DNA from: Octopus sinensis
Taxonomy: Eukaryota
Reading direction: 5' to 3'
Assembly (NCBI RefSeq): GCF_006345805.1
Contig: NC_042999.1
Coordinates: 150,474,001 to 150,538,000, forward strand
Length of the DNA stretch: 64,000 bases
The first letter of the stretch is position 1, and each line of letters begins with the position of its first letter. The notes under the pieces are model-generated. The model was not told where the DNA came from, did not search any database, and saw nothing but the letters and a program-made list of their open reading frames with translations. Positions 62,011-64,000 of this stretch are shown here, piece after piece. Made by a program: the position numbers and the translations under genes.

Positions 62011-62800
62011 GGGTTGGACGGTTCGACCGGCGATCTGGGAAGCCAGAAGGCTGCACCAGGCTCCAGTCTTATCTGGCAGTGTTTCTACAGCTGGATGCCC
62101 TTCCTAACGCCAACCACTCCGTGAGTGTAGTGGGTGCTTTTTACGTGCCACCTGCACAGGTGCCAGGCGAGGCTGGCAACGGCCACGGTCGGATTGGTGT
62201 ATTTTATGTGCCAACGGCACGGAAGCCAGACGAGGCGGTGCTGGCATTGGCCACGAGTCGGATGGTGCTTTTTATGTACCACCAGACCAGGGAACCTGGC
62301 TGGTTCGATTCGATTTCGCTTGCCCCAACATGTCTTCGCAAGCAAGGGGGTTGGCATGGGTGCCTGTCGTACGGTCAGATTGGTGTATTTTACGTGCCAC
62401 CGGCACAGAAGCCAGTGGAGGCGGTGCTGGCATCGGCCACGAGTCGGATAGTGCTTTTTGGTTTGATTCGATTTCGCTTGCCCCAACATGTCTTCGCAAG
62501 CAAGGGGGTTGGCATGGGTGCCTGTCGTACGGTCAGATTGGTGTATTTTACGTGCCACTGGCACAGAAGCCAGTGGAGGCGGCGCTGGCATCGGCCACGA
62601 GTCGGATAGTGCTTTTTACGTACCACCAGACCAGGGATCCTGGCTGGTTCAATTCGATTTTGACTTCGATTTCGATTTCGCTTGCCCCAACATGTCTTCG
62701 CAAGCATGGGTGCCTGTCGTCGGATGAGGTTCTATATCGACTTCGCTTGCCTCAACAGGTCTTTGTGTCCAAGGGAGGAAAGGCATTCATAAGTGGGCTG
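61981..62800 (-). mobile_element. Truncated RTE 3' end with tandem-repeat expansion, same subfamily as 20715-21535
   Basis: (CAT)n at 61981-62010, with the same repeated blocks on the minus strand. Confidence 0.8.
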
Positions 62801-62921
62801 GGATATATATATATATATCATCATCATCATCATCATCATCATCGTTTATGATGATGATATATATATAGCATAAAGGTTTCAGATCTTGTTAACACATGGT
62901 TGTAGATATTTAAGAAATAAT

Positions 62922-63219
62922 AATATGTAAAACCGCACAGGAAGTTTGTGTAATAAAATGTATGCTAATATTAAGATCATAATGAAAGAGTTGTATTATA
63001 ACATTAGATAATAAACTGGTAGTACTGGTTTCACGTCTTATGCTAATCAAACCTCTAAGGTCTTAGAATGACTGAAATCTAAGTCCTTGGATGTTTGATA
63101 AGCATAAGATGCGAAACCGGTACTACCAGTTTATTATATAATGCAACTCTTTGTTTCATTATGATTTTAATATTAGCATAAATTTTATTATACAAACCTC
63201 CTGTACATTTTTATATATT
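62922..63219. mobile_element. Fold-back (palindromic) MITE-like element, ~140-bp imperfect arms
   Basis: For example TATGCTAATATTAAGATCATAATGAAAG..AAACTGGTAGTACTGGTTTC pairs with GAAACCGGTACTACCAGTTT..TTTCATTATGATTTTAATATTAGCATA. Confidence 0.75.
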
Positions 63220-63239
63220 TTTCTTTCAGAGGAGCTTCA

Positions 63240-64000
63240 GACCTTGGACATAGAAGTAGCTGGAAATTCCTACGGGACAGCTTACTGAGTGCCACAGACC
63301 AAGTCTGTGAATGGTGCAAAGTCCTTTCCAGACCTAGAGTAACATGGTGGTGGAATAATACGATAGACAAAGCCGTTAGATCAAAGAAACAGGCCTGAAA
63401 AGCCTGGAAGAGTGGCAGTACCAGGGAACTGTACCAGATAGCCAGAAGGGAGGCTGGGTGACAGGTATACATAGCCTAGGGAGAAGCAGAAAAGAAGAAG
63501 TTTGCAAATGTCCAGCGAAGTGAGGACAAAAGAACTGAAGTATTTCGGATTGCAAGACAGTGTGTGAGAGAAAATTGTGATGTCACAGGAGAGAAATGTG
63601 TCCGCATGGATGATGGTGCACTTGCTTTTAATGATTTGGAAAAGAAAGAGGCTTGGAGAAGCCATTGTGAAAGACTGCTGAACATGGAGAATGAATGGGA
63701 GGAGGAGAGCCTGCCAAATGTTGACCCAGTAGAGGGACCAGCTATCCAAATAGAAAGCACTCTGGTAGATAAAGCAATTAGGGTTATGAAGCCAGGAAAA
63801 GCCCCTGGCCCATCAGGAATCACTGCTGAGATGCTTAAAACATCTGGTGGTGTGGGCTATGGCTTAGTCAACCATAGTCAACCAGGTAGTTCATGATGGA
63901 GTCATACTCAATGACTGGCATAGTAGCACCATAGTCAACTGCTACAAGGGTAATGGTGATGCTTTAGATAGAAATAACTATAGGGGTATCAAACTGCTAG
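63240..64000 (+). mobile_element. Older RTE-clade ORF2 fragment, runs off window end
   Basis: VFRIARQCVRENCDVTGEKCVRMDDG..EAWRSHCERLLN.ENEW..LPNVDPVEGP..KPGKAPGPSGITAEM; a diverged paralogue of 60123-60700. Confidence 0.9.

Overview
AT-rich, repeat-dominated animal genomic DNA. The SINE families, RTE tails ending in (GAT)n and long TA/CA microsatellites suggest an octopus or other coleoid cephalopod; this is inference, not a database result. Only one clear cellular gene is present: an uninterrupted GDP-fucose transporter (SLC35C1-like) ORF at 23715-24782 (+). Most of the remainder is mobile DNA: CR1, Tx1/L1 and RTE LINE fragments, several SINE families, mariner, hAT and piggyBac MITEs, and Helitron-like elements. 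The most striking region is 4.9-8.9 kb, a stack of (TA)n-embedded modules. It holds a 403-bp tandem array with one type I hammerhead ribozyme per unit (non-LTR retrozyme-like), a decayed hammerhead module, and a Penelope-like GIY-YIG element with an inverted terminal repeat carrying another intact hammerhead. Other notable structures are an ~11-kb tandem duplication (31393-53342) whose crossover maps to 16 bp inside SINE tails, three fold-back or templated inversion scars, a PHD finger inside an RTE ORF2, and an apparent switch from CpG-retaining to CpG-depleted DNA near 12-13 kb. Hammerhead folds, alignments and CpG impressions were done by eye and need computational confirmation.
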